Origin: Phycisphaerales bacterium
GTDB taxonomy: Bacteria; Planctomycetota; Phycisphaerae; Phycisphaerales; UBA1924
Direction: 5' to 3'
NCBI GenBank assembly: GCA_052168315.1
Contig: JBQLZO010000097.1
Location: 65,778 to 129,777, forward strand
DNA: 64,000 bases
Part shown: positions 62,312 to 64,000 of the stretch, piece by piece
Layout of the letters: every line of letters begins with the position of its first letter
How positions within the stretch are numbered: position 1 is the first letter of the stretch
Notes under the pieces: model-generated
Database searches by the model: none
Seen by the model: only the letters and a program-made list of their open reading frames with translations
Told to the model about the DNA's origin: nothing
Translations under genes and position numbers: made by a program

Positions 62312-62567
62312 GCGCGTCCCGCCCGGTCCGCTCGCCCCCCCGCGTCTCCCTCCCGTTGCGTCCGGGTTGGCCTGCCGCACGCGCTCCGTTCCGACACGCC
62401 GAGTGTTCGCCCTTGCGAGCCCCCACGATCGTCCGGCCCGGTCACAACCCGCGAGGATCCGCGGCGCGTAGATACCCATCGACCACCATCGTCGCTCCCG
62501 ATGCGCCCGCCGATACAGTATGTTCGCGCGTGAGGGCGGAGGGATAACCAACGAAGGAGCGCACGCG

Positions 62568-64000
62568 ATGGAATCGAATCGAGTCGACCATGCCACCCGC
62601 CATTCTCCATCCGGGCCACACACCGCCCGCGGCGTCGGCGGCGCGTTCGCGGCCGCCACGACGATCGCCATGATCGCCGGCGGATCGCAGGCGGCCGCCG
62701 GGGGCTCCGCGCATGCCCAGCGCATCGCAGCCCCGATCCTGATCGCGCACGCAGCCGGCGCGCTGTGGCAGCCAGCCCAGGACGCGGATCACGCCGACGA
62801 GCAGGTCGATCCGTTTGCGGCGGCCATCGAAGGCTTTGCCGTGGTGAACAATAACCTCGATCGATCCGAGCCGACGCTGTTCAGGATCTACCGCGAGGAC
62901 GACCGGGTGCTCGCGGTCATTCCGGAGGAATTGCTCGGTGAGCTCTGGCTGCTAGGGGCGTCGATGGCCGCCGGCCCATTCGGCACCGGCGAGCAGCTGG
63001 GCCAGGCCGGGCTGGAATGGCGAAAGCGCGGGGAAGAGCTCGACCTGTTCGCGCCCGAACTCCGGTACGACGCATCCAGCAAGCCAACGCTTGAGCCGGG
63101 TGTGCGGAATGTGTTCACCGATCGATATATCACCTCCGCCCCGATCATCGCCGAGGGCGATGGCGGCCTGCTCATTGACCTGACGGGATTCATCGGCTCG
63201 GCGATGGGCGAGCTGGTCGGAAGCTTCATCGGCAGCGCCGATCAGAGCGTCATGCGCGTCGAGAAGATCAAGGCCTTTAACCAGAATGTCGAACTGGCGC
63301 TGTCGATGCCGATCCAGATTCCCGGCGGCATGTGGTGGTCGCCCGTGCAGAGCGGGCAGATGCAGACGCTGCACTTCTCGTTCAGCGCGCTCAACGACAA
63401 TCCCGAATTCGAGCGGCGCCCCGCCGATCCGCGTGTCGGATACTGGGTGCACGCCACTCGCGACATGGGGCGGCGCGATCCGCTGGGCACCGACTTCGTC
63501 CGTTCGATCGAGCGGTGGGACCTGCGCAAGGCAGATCCCGACGCTCCCCTCAGCGCACCGGTCAAGCCCATTGTCTTCTACATCGAGAAGACCGTCCCAC
63601 CTGCCTATCGCGTTCATGTCCGGCGCGGCGTCGAGGCATGGAACGAGGCGTTCCGCGCGGTGGGCATCGAGAACGCGATCGAGGTGAGGCAGCAGACCGA
63701 GACCCAGTACGCCGAGATCGATCCGGAGGATGTGCGCTACAACTTCATCCGATGGGTGCCCACCGGGTTCGGGTACGCGATCGCGCTGCACCGCACCGAT
63801 CCCCGCACCGGCGAGATCCTGGATGCGGATGTGGTGATCGACGACGCGTGGATCAACGCGTGGGCGAACGAGTACCCGCTGCTGACCCAGCAGGCCGCTC
63901 GGGCCAGGCTCGACGCGATGCGCCAGCACCATCCCGAGTTGACCCCCGTGGCCGAGCACCTCACCGATCGCGCGCGGCGCCGCGGGCTGATCACGCCCGA
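62568..64000 (+). CDS. secreted zinc-dependent metalloprotease-like protein (DUF5117/DUF4953-like), partial at window end
   Basis: An AAGGAG Shine-Dalgarno sequence lies 9 nt upstream of the ATG at 62568, and the ORF remains open to the end of the window. The FIRWVPTGFGYAIALHRTDPRTGEILDADVVIDDAW region resembles this metalloprotease family. Confidence 0.55.
   Translation, partial: MESNRVDHATRHSPSGPHTARGVGGAFAAATTIAMIAGGSQAAAGGSAHAQRIAAPILIAHAAGALWQPAQDADHADEQVDPFAAAIEGFAVVNNNLDRSEPTLFRIYREDDRVLAVIPEELLGELWLLGASMAAGPFGTGEQLGQAGLEWRKRGEELDLFAPELRYDASSKPTLEPGVRNVFTDRYITSAPIIAEGDGGLLIDLTGFIGSAMGELVGSFIGSADQSVMRVEKIKAFNQNVELALSMPIQIPGGMWWSPVQSGQMQTLHFSFSALNDNPEFERRPADPRVGYWVHATRDMGRRDPLGTDFVRSIERWDLRKADPDAPLSAPVKPIVFYIEKTVPPAYRVHVRRGVEAWNEAFRAVGIENAIEVRQQTETQYAEIDPEDVRYNFIRWVPTGFGYAIALHRTDPRTGEILDADVVIDDAWINAWANEYPLLTQQAARARLDAMRQHHPELTPVAEHLTDRARRRGLITP

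Overview
This is a high-GC (roughly 65-70% by eye), gene-dense chromosomal segment. The gene content points to a Planctomycetota genome, possibly Phycisphaerae-like, although this taxonomic call is an inference from gene content only. I could support about 50 protein-coding genes, one tRNA-Glu(CTC), two intrinsic terminators and one candidate promoter. I found no rRNA, CRISPR array, transposase, integrase or prophage signature. Housekeeping genes (gap, smpB, tadA, rseP, rnpA-yidD, fabH, an MqnA/MqnD futalosine-pathway gene, cyclophilin, a ClC channel, flotillin) are interspersed with lineage-typical content. That content includes two Hanks-type Ser/Thr kinases (one translationally coupled to an ECF sigma factor) and a second ECF sigma with an RskA-like anti-sigma factor. 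It also includes a DUF1559 prepilin-like protein, three secreted dockerin-bearing proteins, two secreted paralogues with a PTP/PSP variant of the PEP-CTERM anchor, and several Gfo/Idh/MocA oxidoreductases, two of them Tat-exported. I flag four clusters as most worth a second look. (1) A three-gene operon at 11015-14834 encoding a GCS2-like ligase, an N-terminally extended RimK-like ATP-grasp ligase and a papain-like peptidase, which looks like a predicted but uncharacterised amidoligase or peptide-modification system. (2) An arginine-succinyltransferase-like cluster at 47909-53738 that lacks AstB and instead carries a lysine-6-aminotransferase-like transaminase and an M20 hydrolase. (3) A periplasmic redox operon at 16099-20726 with two Tat-exported Gfo/Idh/MocA dehydrogenases flanking the flavin transferase ApbE, followed by a membrane CxxCH protein. 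(4) A YyaL/DUF255 thioredoxin-domain protein fused to a DsbD-alpha-like C-terminal domain. Many long ORFs in the six-frame track are GC-rich shadow or alternative-frame artefacts and were rejected. All calls rest on motif and family recognition by eye, so gene boundaries are approximate (alternative GTG/TTG starts were accepted where noted).
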